Assembly: GCF_004010195.1 (NCBI RefSeq)
Contig: NC_057718.1
Location: 58,901,607-58,965,606, forward strand
From: Chiloscyllium plagiosum
Lineage: Eukaryota
Length of the DNA: 64,000 nucleotides
Direction: 5' to 3'
Below the pieces are notes generated by a model. The model searched no databases. It was not told the DNA's origin and saw only the letters and a list, made by a program, of their open reading frames with translations. The translations under genes and the position numbers were made by a program. Positions 39,531 to 53,145 of the stretch are shown here, piece after piece. Every line of letters begins with the position of its first letter. Positions within the stretch are counted from its first letter, which is position 1.

Positions 39531-40489
39531 AACAGGCCAGCTACAGAAGATAAACAGCTATCCCAATGCAGCTCCTCATATTTAAGCCTTCCCCTTACTC
39601 CAAAACAAAATTGTTTAAAATCTTAACTTTTCTCAGGGAACACTGTCGATACCGATGGAGTCAACAATTTTGTCACTATCTCTGTCCATATGGCCCTTAA
39701 GATTTCACGTGATGTTTCTGATCATTAGGATCCAGATTTTGTTGAGATGAGGACTGCAGTTCATTCCAGGCAGATATTTGGACCATAAGGGCCTTTTAAA
39801 GGTCACAACAACCTAACCATTAGGGTTGAAAAGGCAGTAAGACATTAAAACTTAAGGGTCCTTTTCATCACTATTAATACTGATTCTTTCAAGTGCAATT
39901 CCATTCCTGAAATCCACTATTTCATAAGGATTTCAGATGATAACACATTAAAACTGAAGGAATGTTTTTCATTCTGCTTAGATTTATATGGATCTAGTGC
40001 TAGTGAATAGGGAGACATTTGGTCAGCTCCCTATTACGCCCTAGAATTTTTGATGCAAGTTGTGGAAATATTCCCTCAAATATGGGTGTAAGAATGGTAC
40101 AATAGATTCACACATTTTCTGACATTTTCACTATTTGCATCCTGTGCAAAGGATGCCTGTGCGTTTCAGGCATGGAGAGATGCTCAAGTGGATAAAGTGG
40201 ATTTGAAATTTAGATGATCTGCCCAGGATTGCTGAATAATGTTCTCCACTCCCACATCCAATGAAGTTTTAATTGTAAACAGGTTGGCTTTCCTTTGTGG
40301 GTTCAACAAAGGGGAAGTTGTATCAGGGAGCCTCTCGTCTCCTACCTCTCCCCTCCTGCTTTACACTAGCTTAAAAGGTTAAATCTCCAAAACAGGTTCA
40401 AGACCATAGAGGACTGCAAGTAATGGAGTTACTATAACTATATCCCATTATACATGCCTGCCTGTTAAAGGAGCTCAGTGCCAAAATTG

Positions 40490-41058
40490 AATCAGTTGGA
40501 ATGTGGCAAATCCACAAAGAGTGCATCAGTGTGTTTGACTTGGAGGTTACATCCTAAAACTCTATAGTTGGTTGCCATGCAATCAGATGTGATTGCATTA
40601 GAGAAGATGCAGAAGGGATTCACTCAGATGTTGGATTGATTCAGCTCTGAAGAAAGACTTGCTAGGCTAACTTTCCTCAGAGTAGAGAAGTCTGAGGAGG
40701 TGATCTGTATGAGGTATGCGAAGTTCATAGACAGGGTAAATGGTGTGAAACCTTTCCCTTTAGTGGAAGGCTAATTAACCAGGATGAACAGTTTTAAGGA
40801 CAGGAGCAGGACATTTAAAGGGGACTTTAGGAAACTATTTTTTCACCCAGAGTTTTGTGGGTATTTGGAACTCACTTGGTAGAGATAGGAACCCTCAAGA
40901 TATTTAAGAACGATTTAGATGAGCACTTGAAACACCATAGCAGTCAAGGCTATGGTCCAAATGCTAGAAAATGGAATGAGAGTAGATGAATATTTGATGA
41001 ACAGCACAGACAGTGGGCTGAAGGGTCTCTTTCCATGTTGTAAAATTCTATGATTCTA
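40490..41058 (+). mobile_element. CR1 3' fragment, decayed
   Basis: DVIALEKMQKGF and FFTQSFVGIWNS remnants, and tail ATTCTATGATTCTA. Confidence 0.78.
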
Positions 41059-43039
41059 AATCTTTGTCATTCCAATCCACCTACTTGAGGAAGGAATTCA
41101 ACCATCTTAACTTATCAGTTTTATGCAGGATTTACTAAACTTTGTGCATCATTGTTGAAAGGTGAATTCGCTGCAAGTTAATAATATTCTTTTCACAGTC
41201 CCATGGCACCTTTCCCTGTTCTTAGTTCTACCAACTTCAGAATCCCAAGTACATTGTGAAGCCACAGAGTCCCAAAGACAATTGAGTTCTTTTGAATATA
41301 TTAACGGAGCTATGTTCGCTCTATCAAGCACTTCTATTCAAAGCTGCCCCTCAGAGGTATTTTAAATTCAGTGGTGTGCCGATGTGTGTTGAATAACAGC
41401 AGCAAAATAAAGCAGACATTTGAAATCAAGCTGCTATGAACCCCATGACTGGTTACAGTTCCTGCTGTATTTTCCAACCATGCTCAGGGCATGGGGACAC
41501 AGTTGTCATAAATTACAGAAACTAACATATCATTTTTAGCTAGCTAATGTTCTCCCTTTCAAGTGAGAGAAGGCAATGAATTCTCACACGCCATTAGTAT
41601 CTTGTTATACAAATAGTGTAAATGAACCTCACAATTCAAACAGCAGTTAATTACAAGGAAGCCTGTTACCAGTTACAATCACCAGTAGCCAAGTGACAGA
41701 TCAACTTTAGGAAATATATTGATGTCCCTTTTCTTAGGTCCAGCTAACCTCTCTCCGAATAGGGAACAAACTAATGTCTATCTACTGATTGCTTTAATGA
41801 AATGTATTATTTCACCATGTATTTCCCATACCCATAATAGCTTGTATTTCCCATACCCAGTCTCATCTGTCATTTTCTTTCCACTTTCAAGGTCTTCCTT
41901 CACTACCTTAGCTGATCTCTCTAGCTACGCACACATCAACATTATCATATCTGAATTCGACCAAGTTCGGTTTTGTTTCTGAATCAAGTTATAATTCTTG
42001 GGTTCACACAGTAATTCCTGATGTAATTGCCTTGTGCCCTAATTCCAGGGCATTGTCCCTAACCTGGCAACACGGAGAGTCATTGAGACACCTTTAACTA
42101 TTACTTGTTGCTTATTCTTTTTAAGCCAATTTATTTACTAGCCTTTTACCGTAAATACACACTGCCTAAAATTCTATCTGCCTTTTACAGTTCCAGAACG
42201 CCTTGGATTGTTAGACTAACTCCATTCATCTCCTTGTCCATTTTTCAATCTACAATTCATGTCGGGAGGATTTTGTAAACATTAATGTTTATCAGTTTGA
42301 TGGATACTTTATTTCAACAGAGGATACTGAATAATATTACTATTTGTCTACATCAAATTCCTAATTTGGACAATTTAGGCCCTGGCAAAACCTGTATTAT
42401 CCACATTTGAAAATGTAAGCATACAAGAACAGGTGGTCCTTCAGTAGCATTACTCTAAGGCCCAGGTGCCATTTTTATTTTTTCAAGTGAGATGTTTGGA
42501 AAATTGGTTAATTTTTTTCCAGAAATTGTACATTTTGGTGAGCTTCATGGAGGCTTTCTCTCCACTGGTTTCCTCATGCCATCTACTTAAACTCTACCCA
42601 TGCATTACGCTCTTATGTCACTCTTTCATCATATTCTGCCATAATCAGAAGTACTCTTCACTGCCAGGAATTCCTGGCACCAAGCTGTACATCTAGTGAT
42701 ACACTGGCAATCCAGAGTTGCCCTTCACCATAGACAAGGTGATAGAGCAACCACAAGGCAACACTTCTCTGGGCACATAGATGGCATAGTTAATACTTAT
42801 TTCAAGTTCACATTCTTACATCTACTACTATTTAAGAACCTAAGTGACACAGCTAACTCATCCTTAGCTTCATCCCACCCAATCCTGTCTAAACGAAAGA
42901 TACTCTTTCCCCAGTGCCCAGTGATGCCCACAAACTTCTCATTTTTCAATATAGGATCATTATATACAGAGAAGCCTTCAAACATTTCAAAACATTCATT
43001 TTTATTCAGTGACAAAGGGATCTCTGGCAAGTGGGGGTG

Positions 43040-45093
43040 CCTTTAAAAGTAAGATAGTTAGAGTTGAAGATCTATTGTTCCTGTGAGGGTGAAGGGCAAG
43101 GTTGACAGGAATAGGGAACCCTGAATGGCAGGAGATATTGAAGCTTTGACCAGAAAAAAAGAAGCATGGCTCAGGTACAGGCAGCTGGGATCAAGGGAAT
43201 CCTTGGAGGTATATAAGGGATACAGGAGTTTACTGAATGAAGGAAATCAGGAGGGCAAAAAGAGGGCACGAGATATCTTTGTCTGAGAAGATTAGGGTTA
43301 AACCAAAGAGGTTATTTGAGCATATTTTTTTAAAAACTAGAGAGAGCGAATAGGACCCCTCAAGGACCAAATTGGACATGTATGTGTAGAACCATAGGAG
43401 AGGTTCTCAATGAATATTTCTCCTTTATGTTTCCCATGGAGTAAGACATGAGGACTTGGGATATCTTGGGGACAGTCCATATCACAGTAGAGGGGGTCTT
43501 GGTCATATTAGAATGCATGAAGGTGGATAAGTCTCCTGGTCCTGACCAGATGTATCCAAGAACACTGCAAAAGGCTAGAGAAGAAATTGCAGGGACCCTG
43601 GCTGATACCTTTGTATCATTGGCCACGGGTGAGATCCCAGAAGACTGGAGGATAATGGGTATTGTGCCTTTATTCAAGAAGGGCTACAAAGAAAAATCTG
43701 GGAACCATAGACAAGTAAGCCTAACAACTATGGTAGGTAAGCTACTTGAGAAGATTCTGTGAGATTGGAATTTGGAAAGACAGAGTTTGCTTAGAAGTCG
43801 TCAGCATGGGTTTGTGCATGGGAGATCATGCCTCATAAAGTTGTTAGAGTTTTTTGATGAAGTGACCAGGAAGGTTGACAAGGACAAGGCAGTAGATGTA
43901 GTCTATATGGGTTATAGTAAGGCCTTAGATAAGGTTCCATGTGGTAGGCTGCTATGGAAGGTGAGATTGCATGGAATCCAGGGGGAGCTGGGAAATTGGA
44001 TACACAATTGGCTTGATCGTAGGAAGCAGAGGGTATTGGTGGAAGGATACTTGTCGGACTAGAGGCCTGTAACTAGTGGAGTGCCTCAGGGGTCAGTGTT
44101 GGGTCCATTGCTGTTTGTTATCTATATCAGTGATTTGGATGAGAATGTACAAGGCATGATTGGTAAGTATGCAGATGACACTAAAAAAGGACTTACCATG
44201 GACAATGAGGAAGCTTATGAGAAATTACAGCAGGACCTTGATCAGCTGGAGAAGTGGGCCAAGAAATGGCAAATGGAATTTAATACAAATAAGTGTGAGG
44301 TCTTGCATTTTGGAAAGTCAAATCAGGAGTTTCGTGGTGAATGGTAGGGCCTTAAGGAGTGTAGTGGAATAGAGGGACCTTGGACTTTATATGCACGGTT
44401 CCCTGAAAGTGGAGTCACAGGTAGACAGGGCAGTGAAGAAGGCTTTTGGCACACTGGCCTTCATCAGTCAGGGCATTGCTGATAGAAGTTGGGAAGTTAT
44501 GTTGCAGTTGTACAGGACATTGGTGAGGCCGCACTTGGAGTATTGTGTTCAGTTGTGGTCATCTTGCTGTAGGAAGGATGTCATTACACTGGAAAAATGC
44601 AGAAGAAATGTACAAGAGTGTTGTCAGGACTCAAGGGTCTGAGTTATAGGGAGAGGTTGGACAAATTAGGACTTTTTTCTTTAGAGTGTAGGAGGCTGAG
44701 GGGGGATCTTATAGAGGCATATAAGATCATAAGAGGCATGGATAGGGTGAATGTATTCAGTGTTTTTCCCAGGGATGGGGAATCGAGGACTAGAGGGCAT
44801 CAGTTTAACATTAGAGGGGAAAGAATAAAAGGGAACCTGAGGTGCAACTTTTCTTACGTAGATGGTGGTATACATATGGAATGAGCTGCAGGTGGAAGTG
44901 GTTGAAACGAGTACATTAACAACATTTAAAAAGCATTTGGACAATTACATGGATATCAAAGATTTGGAAATATATGGGTCAAGTGCATAGAAATGGCGTT
45001 GACGTGGATGGACATTTTGGTTGGCATGACCCAGTTTGGGCCAAAGGGCCTGTCTCTGTGCTCTAGGAATCTATGACACTATGACTGTATGAC
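43040..45093 (+). mobile_element. CR1 LINE ORF2, 5'-truncated, with tail
   Basis: ORFs 43448..44884 contain [29 protein letters not shown] and LVRPHLEYC. The tail is (CTATGAC)n-like. Confidence 0.95.
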
Positions 45094-45251
45094 AGCAAAA
45101 GTGAACTGAAAATCAAATAGACAAAAGCAACATTTGCCTTTAAGAACAGAAATTAATTGCTTGCTTTCTGAGCACTTTATACATTGCAGCCAATGAGGGA
45201 TCGCTGCACCTAGATCACATATTTTTGAACTGAATGCTCATTAAAGTATTG

Positions 45252-45600
45252 AATCATAGAAACATAGTAAATTGGAGCAGAAATAGGCCATTTGCCCCTT
45301 GGAGCCTGCTCTGCTATCCAATACAATCACAGCTGATCATCCAACTCAATAGCCTGCTCCTGCTTTTCTCCCATATCCTTTGATCCATTAACTCCCAAGT
45401 GCTATATCCAATTCCTTCTTGAAATCAAGCAATGTTTTTGCCTTGACTGCTTTCTACGGCAACAAATTCCAGAGGCTCTTCATTCTCTGGATGAAGCAAT
45501 TTCTGCTCATCGCAGTCCTAAATGGTTTACCCTATGTCTCTAGACTGTGCCTGTGACTGGACTCCTCTGTCATTCGGAACATCCTTCATGAATCTATCAA
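45252..45600 (-). mobile_element. CR1 3' end
   Basis: CATAGAAACATAG tail and sequence similar to 50222-50500 and 63040-63350. Confidence 0.75.
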
Positions 45601-45679
45601 AAGCGATGCTCCTCCTTTTGACCATCTTCATCCATGGAAGACTACAGTCACTCATAGCCCCCATCACATAACCTATTTG

Positions 45680-46092
45680 ACTGTTCCAATGGTGCAGAGC
45701 ACGGCATGCTCAGATTATGGGACACACTCTGTCCAGATTGTATTGCCAGGCACCTCCAGACTGATCCAAGCATTGAAACCTCATCTTCAGCAGCCCTACT
45801 GTCTGCTCCACCGTGGACTTGGTTGGAGAATGGGTTGTATCATATCTCTGCTCCATCTCAGTCAGAGGGATGCATGATGGAGTCTTCAGCTGTGGCCGCA
45901 CAAGATAGTCCTTGCTCCCCCAGTGGTCATCGTTATACGGCTTTTGATCTTTGAAATGCAGTAGGAATGTGAGAATTCTCAATGACGTGACAATCATGGC
46001 AACTCTCAAGGGTACCTGCAGCAGACCACTAGCGCAAATCATCACAGATCACTTGCACATTGATGGAATGAAAGCCTTTTCTTTTAATAAAG
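45680..46092 (-). pseudogene. PIF/Harbinger DDE transposase remnant (HARBI1-like, DDE_Tnp_4)
   Basis: Minus strand FIKRKGFHSINVQVIC, then EQRYDTTHSPTKSTVEQTVGLLKMRFQCLDQSGGAWQY. Frameshifted and truncated. Confidence 0.85.
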
Positions 46093-46251
46093 TCGCCAAC
46101 TTTAAGGGCATTTAAATGGTCTTTGGATAGGCATATGGACAAGAATGGAATAGTGTAGGTTAGATGGGCTTCAAATTGGTTTCACAGGTCGGCACAGCAT
46201 TGAAGGCTGAAGGGCCTGAACTGCGCTGTAATGTTCTATGTTCTATGTTCC
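46093..46251 (+). mobile_element. CR1 3' tail insertion
   Basis: Near-identical to 38190-38345, with a (CTATGTT)n tail. Confidence 0.9.
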
Positions 46252-47242
46252 ATGCCTAACTTGAAGATGAGATTTTGCTCCTTAAGTTTACACTGTGATT
46301 CACTGGAGCATTGCAGTATGCCGAGGACAGACAAGTGGGCATGAGAGTGGGACGCTGTGTTAAAATGACTGGCTACGGGAAAGTCAGGTTGATGTTTACT
46401 CACAGACCAGAGATGTTCTGCAAAGCAGTCACCCAGTCTGCCTTTGGTTTCTCCAATGCAGAGTAGGCCACATTGGGTGCAACGAATACAATACACAAAA
46501 TAGGAGGCGATACAGGGGAAATGTTGCTTCACCTGGAAAGACTGTTTATGCCCTTGGATGCTGAGCAGGAGGAGGTGGAGGGGTAGGTGTTGCACCTTTC
46601 GCAGTTACATGGGAAGGTGCCACGGGAAAAGGGGTGGTGGTGTGAGTGGTCGAGGAATAGATTGGCGTGTCCCAGAGGGAACAGCCCCTGCAAGATGCAG
46701 ATGGGGGACAAAGGGGAAGAATTGTTTGGTACTGGCATTCTGCTGGAGTTGTCTGAAATGGAAGAAAATGATCCTTTGAATGTGGAGGTTGGCAGGATGA
46801 AAAGTGAGGACGGTGGGAACCTAATCATGCTGTTGTGAGTGACAGGAAGGGGCAAGGTTGAAAGCCTGGGTGATAGGTTGGATGCGGTTGAGGGCCCTGT
46901 CAACCACAGAGCTTATGGAGAAGGAAGCCATGTCAGAGCCACACCAGTGGGACTGTCTATTCTTTCTAGTGAAGCGGTTAGACACACCATTGTTCTGCCA
47001 TTCTCACATTCTGATCACTTAATCCGCACTATAACATCCTTTCTCCCTCAGCACTGCAACATATACCCGCGCCCCCCCTCACCCGACTATTGCATAAATG
47101 CTGCTCCTCCACACTTCAGTTCTGATAAAGAGTCCTCTAGACTCAAAACGTTGGCTTGCTTTCTCTCCATGGATGCAGTCTGACCCGCTATGATAAATTG
47201 TTTTCAGTACAGATTCCAGCACCTGCAGTAAATTGTTCCTTT
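46252..47242. mobile_element. Penelope-like element: GIY-YIG region (-, 46252-46910) joined to an oppositely oriented 3' terminal region (+, ~46950-47242)
   Basis: VYCIRCTQCGLLCIGETKGRLGDCFAEHL...PVASHFN is a GIY-YIG endonuclease signature. The plus part carries a hammerhead-like core at 47122-47152. Confidence 0.88.
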
Positions 47243-47500
47243 CCCTGGTCTGCATGGGTTTCCTCCATGTGCTCTGGTTTTCTTCCACATTCCAAAGATG
47301 TGCACATTAGGTGGATCGGCCATGGGAGAATGCCCACACTGTCCAGGGATGTGCAGGCTAGTTGGATTAGCCATGGGAAATGCAGAGGTACAGGTTTAGG
47401 GTATATGGGTAGGTCTGAGTGGGATGCTCTTCAGAGGATCGGTGTGGACTCGATGGGTCGAATGGCCTGCTTTCCACACTATAGGAATTCTATGATTCTA
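47243..47500 (+). mobile_element. HE1-type SINE, 5'-truncated
   Basis: V-domain and tail match 10755-10996. Confidence 0.85.
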
Positions 47501-49470
47501 TATATTCATCCCAGATGTGTAATAGCCTCAATGGCATGTGCTGTGCGAATGTATGAGCTGGGACTGCCATTCTCAAGCAGGAGCTTTGATTATTTACTTC
47601 ATGCCCTTTCTCTTCCTACTGGAGGCTCCTTTGGTGGGGCGGGCAGCAGTTTTGGTATGGGAAGGCAGGAACTCAGATGGGAGAGGTTTTTGTGATGGAA
47701 TAAGCGATAGTCACTTTAATCTAATTTCAGCACACCATTAATCATGGCTCCTGTACCAAAAGAAGTTTTGCATTTTGCACTCATAGTGTTGGTTAATCAA
47801 GAACTCTTATTACTGGTAATTATTAATTGCCATTTTCTCGGAGATATTTTGTCCCTAAATCCTCCTAGATTGCTTCTTCTGCTGATGAATTCTATTATTT
47901 TAATAATTGTTCATGTAAGACTAATGGCTTGTTTAATCTATTTTTTAAAGCTAAGCATCACATGGCATTTGTCCCAATAACCTTACTGGCCCCTTACCTA
48001 ATCCCTTTTGCACAAAATTTATATACAGTTCCAGAATTGATAAATCAGGCTCCCATTACAGTTTTCATGAGCAGAACTCTGAAATAAATTTTAGAACAGC
48101 ACAACAAGCCTGGGGCAAGACCTAGTATTGAAATTATTTATTCACCAAAAGAGGATGTGGAGAACACTGCAAGCAAGGATTATTAATACTATGTTGGTTA
48201 ATGACTCAAAAGAATTTGCATCATATTCATAATTGAGGACCATTGGATAAAGCAAATAATAAATAATAGTTTGTTGTATAGGACATATGCACTTCTTAGT
48301 TAATGCAACCATTTAAGTGCGTTTTAAAGAAAACAGCCTGTGCAAGGTGTAAGGTTACTCAGTAAAATCCTTCGAGGAGAAACCTACAAAAAGCAGCATT
48401 GCCATCTTCAAAATAGACATGTAGACTTTTTGCCCAGGTATCTCCGACATTTCCATCAACAACACATCTTCAGATGTCTACCACTCAGGCAGAAGACGCA
48501 TTTAAGTATGTCACTGAGGGCATTAGAATCTGCATAGAATCTGATTGGCTTTCAAGAACAGAATTCTCCTTGAAACTGGTACATGTTTTACACCTAAAAA
48601 CTGGCACGATACATACATCAATTTAACAATGGGATGACCTGCACCCAATTTGTCTAGATGTTGGTCCTGATGCTAAATTTGTGGATCCATCTTCATAAAC
48701 TTCATGTTTCTGTGGCATTAGTTCCATTCAATAAGCTAATTAAAGGTGCTTTGTTGATCTTTACTTGGGGGCGCGGTGTCTGTAATCACAGTTACCGAAT
48801 ATTGGCAGCTGACTATTTGTAGGTAATTTTCATAGTCTATAGAGCTTGTTAATAAGCAACAGTTTTGATTTGATATATTAGTCAATTGGACAAAGACAAT
48901 AAACAACCATAACTGCTGGGGTTTCTTTCACTGATGTCAGAGGAAAAACAGGATGGTGCAGAATGTCTCAGTCTCATTAAAGTTGGGAAGGCAGTAACCT
49001 GCTGTCTAGCTGCATTCTTCCATACTTCCTCCTCTTGCTGTTCTGGACTATTTCCATCTCAAGAATGCAACTCAAGATGAGGATGAGAGGTGTCTGACAA
49101 GGACTGTCCTCTGCCCCTGAGCACTTATTGCTATGGCCTATTTCAAGGTGTAGGTAACTTACATTGTCAATGAATTATTAGAACCATTTTGGCCAATGAC
49201 CATTGGCTAGTACTCATGATGTCAAATGGCGATTGTCCTCTTGTCCACCTCCAACTGAAGGTTAGTTTTCATTCCTTCTAAAAATAAAACCTCTTGTTTT
49301 TCAAATCACTGCATATATAATAGGAGAGTGTGGCACCCAATAAATCTTTTGCTTACATTTGTAGAAGGCTGGTTATTTCAGTAACACTCCAGTTAAATGA
49401 GGAAACATCAAATATGGAATGCTGGGAGAACACAGTTTTAAAGAAGAACCCAATTCTAAAAGCTTATCAA

Positions 49471-49585
49471 GGGCTGTTAAGGCGCAATGACAGTACCCCT
49501 ACCTCTGAGCCAAGAGGCCTGGGTTCAAGTACCATCTGCTCTAGAGGTGTATCGAAACTGGTCGGACCAAGTTGATTTAAAAATA
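49471..49585 (+). mobile_element. Short tRNA-derived SINE-like repeat
   Basis: GGCGCAATGACAG A-box-like and GGGTTCAAGTACC B-box-like motifs, with an A-rich end. Confidence 0.5.
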
Positions 49586-49724
49586 TCTATCAATAGGACC
49601 TAGGGGAAAAAATTGTTATCAGTAAATGGAATAGCTCAACTCAGAATTTTTCAGTGATTCTGTTGTCCAACAATTAATCATAAATCTACTTGCTTGTTTT
49701 CAAGTTTTAAATAAAATCCTTGAC

Positions 49725-49970
49725 CTTATTTATTCATGGGATGTGGATACCAGTTTTTATTGCCCAGTTCCCCTGAAGAAGGTGGTGGTGAGCTATCTGG
49801 ATGTAACATTGCAATCCTTGGGACATAGGGACATGCACAGCGCTGTTACAAAGGGAATTCCAGGATTTTAACCCAGAAGCAATAAAGGATTGGCAATATG
49901 GGGCAGAGTATTCCTCTCCAATGTGGTGACAGTGAAAAATCGGATTCTTGGCATAGAGGGAGACTTCCCT
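49725..49970 (-). mobile_element. L2/Crack-group LINE 3' end
   Basis: ORF 49734..49985 (SFIASGLKSWNSL...AHHHLLQGN) and tail ...CCACATCCCATGAATAAATAA. Confidence 0.65.
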
Positions 49971-50221
49971 GGTTTTTGCCCTCAAGCCTTAAATACTGAC
50001 TTCATAATCTCATCCTCAAGTCACAACTCAGCTCTCTACTTCAATGCATTAGGCACCTTATTGGAACACCACCTTGTTCCTATTTTCCCACCACTTTCAA
50101 TTCTCTTTTACCACTGAGAAATCAGACAGTACAAATTCCCAACAGATCAATCAGAGTGAGTACCTGGCAGTTCCAATTTGACTAATGTGACCTGGTCATC
50201 TCCCAACCAATTCGTCATAAC

Positions 50222-50500
50222 CATAACATCACAAGACATAGGAGCAGAAATTAAGCTATTCAGCGCATCAAGTCTGCTCTATCATTCAATCATGGTTGAT
50301 AAATTTCTCAACTCCATTCTCATGTTTCTCCCCATAATTCTTGATCCCCTCGATACTCAAGAATTTATCTATCTTAGTCTTAAATACACTCAATGACCTG
50401 GCCTCAATAGCCTTCTGTGGCAGTGAATTCCATAGATTCATCACTCTCTGTCTGAAGAAGTTTCTCCTTCTCTTTGTTCTAAAAGGTCTTCTCTTTACTC
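50222..50500 (-). mobile_element. CR1 3' end
   Basis: RRNFFRQRVMNLWNSLPQKA in ORF 50286..50594. Confidence 0.85.
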
Positions 50501-51576
50501 TAAATAACAACATCACTACTTGTGCCATAGCCACCATTCCCCTCAATACTTCATGTAAGTCAGCATTAGCAAAGCTGCCAGTGTCAGCAACCACATCATC
50601 ATGCTTGCAACTGGACCAACTCAGACACAGCTTTCACCCTTCAACATTTTACTTTGTAGCTCAGTGACACCCGTAAATTCTGCCATGTTTTATTTTGCAT
50701 GTTGGACCAGATGCACATCTCATGCTTCTACACTGCATGCTTTTGTGCTGACATGGATACATGCCCATTATAGATCGTAGCTTGCCTTTGTAGCATTCAT
50801 CGAATTTAGTGCTTGCTTGGAGGCTGACAGCCTCTGCTAACCTCACCTTTCTTTCTTAGTACACAAAGTCTTTAATGCTCAGCTACAAGCTGCCGGCCCC
50901 TGTGTGGCTTGTATTGTTTTCTTAGTGCAGAGGGAGAGGCAGGCAGCTTGCATAGTGGGGAGCACTGAACAGACAATCTGTCAGTCAGAGACAGTGCTGT
51001 GGGGCACCATTCTATTTCAACATCGCATCTGCAGCATGTGCCTGCAGTTTATGCAGAAAATGTGATTCAGGCAAATGGTAATGTGTAAAAGTCAATCGTT
51101 CTGAGGAAGGTAAAGTCAGTCAAAGGCATAGTTGTAGTCATTCAAAGTGCTTGTTGAAGTCTAGCCCAGAGGGTTGATCATGAGTAATCAGGCATTTGGT
51201 CCCACTTGACTCCAAGGATTCCTTGGGGACTGTCATAGATAGTAGGAAGGGAATTCATTATCTGAGTACTCTGGAACCAGGACTACAAACAGGTCACAGT
51301 AACATGGAGAGGGTGTCAGGCCAACAAGGGAATGGGAACATCCAAATCATAGTCTGTGGGCAAAAAGTGGGGACAATAGTCATTTAGTAAAAGCATTCAA
51401 CAAATACAGGGAAGTAGAAGGTTATCAGGATCATGGGAACAGCAACAGAAAAGGGAATGTGGAGGATGAAAGGAGCTGTATGCATCACAGGCAGAGCTTG
51501 CAAGCTTCTCACGCTAACATGAATTTAAAATCTTGCCATTTCAAAAGTCAACTGCATAGTAACATTAAAAAATAGG

Positions 51577-51855
51577 TGTTGTCGTGATTTTATCAAAGTC
51601 AGCAAAACTCCTTTGACAGAACCTTCCAATCTACTATATAGAAGGACAAGAATAGAGGATGCATTTAACACAATCACCAGCTAGCTCCTCTCCACACCAC
51701 TAACATGGACTTCCCTGATTGGACCAGGTTAACAACCCCAATCACGGAGCTCTGGCTGACAGATATAAACAGGAGTGTCGGGGTTCTGTTCACTCTGAGA
51801 GCTCGCTCTGAGGAAGGGTCAAGTAGAGTGCACTGGCCTCTATAGTGTTACTTCA
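51577..51855 (+). mobile_element. LTR-like repeat carrying an inserted 107-bp inverted copy of downstream DNA
   Basis: TGTTG...TTCA frame with inverted GATTGG/CCAATC boxes and ATATAAA. Homologous to 32670-32806. Confidence 0.5.
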
Positions 51856-52619
51856 GGTACTTCTCCATGCTAAGTGGGTGAAGTAAGTTATCAACCTTTT
51901 GTTTGATTGTGGAATTAAAATTTTGGATTTTGAGGCTGCTGTTAGGCCAATTGAAAAAACATATCTTCACTGATAAGATAATGCTACCCATCTGGTTTCA
52001 ATTTTCACTTATTTGGCAGTGAGTGCAGAAGATCATTGACCTGATTTCTGCGCTGCTGACTGGCCCTTCTAACTCAGGACACAGCAATGACCCCAGTTGT
52101 AATTTGGCTGCAAGCTGGCAGGGTCTGTTAGGTGTAATCTCCTAAGACATTCAGCTGCAAAATAGGACTGACCTCCTTTCCATCAGTATTACTCCATCGA
52201 CCAGATTGTTGTCCCGAAAATAGAGAATGAACCTTCCTTGCTTTTGTGATAACATCAGGGTCAGGTTCCAGAGGCAGTTCCTGGGCAGTGTGTAGCTGGG
52301 CTTTAACTATGGAACCAAAGGCGTGTAAGTTGGAAAGCCTCAGCTTTCCTGGCTGTGTAATTCCCTGAGCTTTGCACTCACCAGCTTGACTGCATACTTA
52401 GTGAGGTGAGAAGCTGAAGATTGTGTAAGAAAATTTATTCTGGGACATAGTGAACAAAATACCATGACACTCATTCACCAACATTTCATCTACAAAAGAA
52501 TCCAGCCATTGTTCCATGTTAGTGGTGTGGAGAGGAGCTAGCTGGTGATTGTGTTAAATGCATCCTCTATTCTTGTCCTTCTAGATAGTAGATTGGAAGG
52601 TTCTGTCAAAAGAGTTTTG
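51603..52619. repeat. Inverted repeat 51603-51709 vs 52513-52619
   Basis: 107-bp reverse complements with 2 mismatches. Confidence 0.95.
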
Positions 52620-53145
52620 GCGTATTACTGTAGCGCATCTTGTAGGTGGTGTTCCTTGCCACCACTATGCATTAGTGGTGAAATGACTGTGAATGTTAAA
52701 GGTGGTAGATGGGATGCCAATCAAACAGATTGCCTTATCCTGAAAAATATCGAGCATTTTGAGAGTTAGTGGAGCTGACTCATTCAGACAAACAGAATCT
52801 GTCACACTCACACTTGTGCCTTGTGGATGGTGGATAAACTTTAGAGAGGCAGGAGGTGAGTTACTCACAGCAGAACTCCTAGTCTCTGAGCTGCTCTTGT
52901 AGCCACTGTATGTACAGGCCTGATCCAAGTCAGTTTCCACTCATTGGTCACCCCCAGGTTGTTAGTGGTGTTGTATTCAGTGATAGTAATAGAATTGAAC
53001 ATCAAGGAGTGACGTTTACTGCTTGTTGAGATGGTCATTGCCAGCACTTGTGTGGCATGAATGTTACTTGCCCCTTGTCAACCCAGGCCTTGATATTGTC
53101 CCTGTCTTTCTGCAATTGGACAGGGATTACTTTTCTGAATGGTAG

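Noticed and set aside
42662..42679. 18-bp perfect palindrome TGCCAGGAATTCCTGGCA
   Set aside because: Isolated, with no supporting context; a single palindrome of this size is not unexpected in 64 kb.
42300..43030. Possible gag zinc-knuckle or retroviral remnant on the minus strand
   Set aside because: Only a vague FKCG-like stretch; too degraded to support.
45680..46092. Host HARBI1 gene
   Set aside because: Frameshifted, truncated by a CR1 tail and without exon structure, so a transposon relic.
50661..50846. Third Harbinger Myb-like remnant
   Set aside because: Only the weak LAEAVS motif is present; diagnostic residues are missing.
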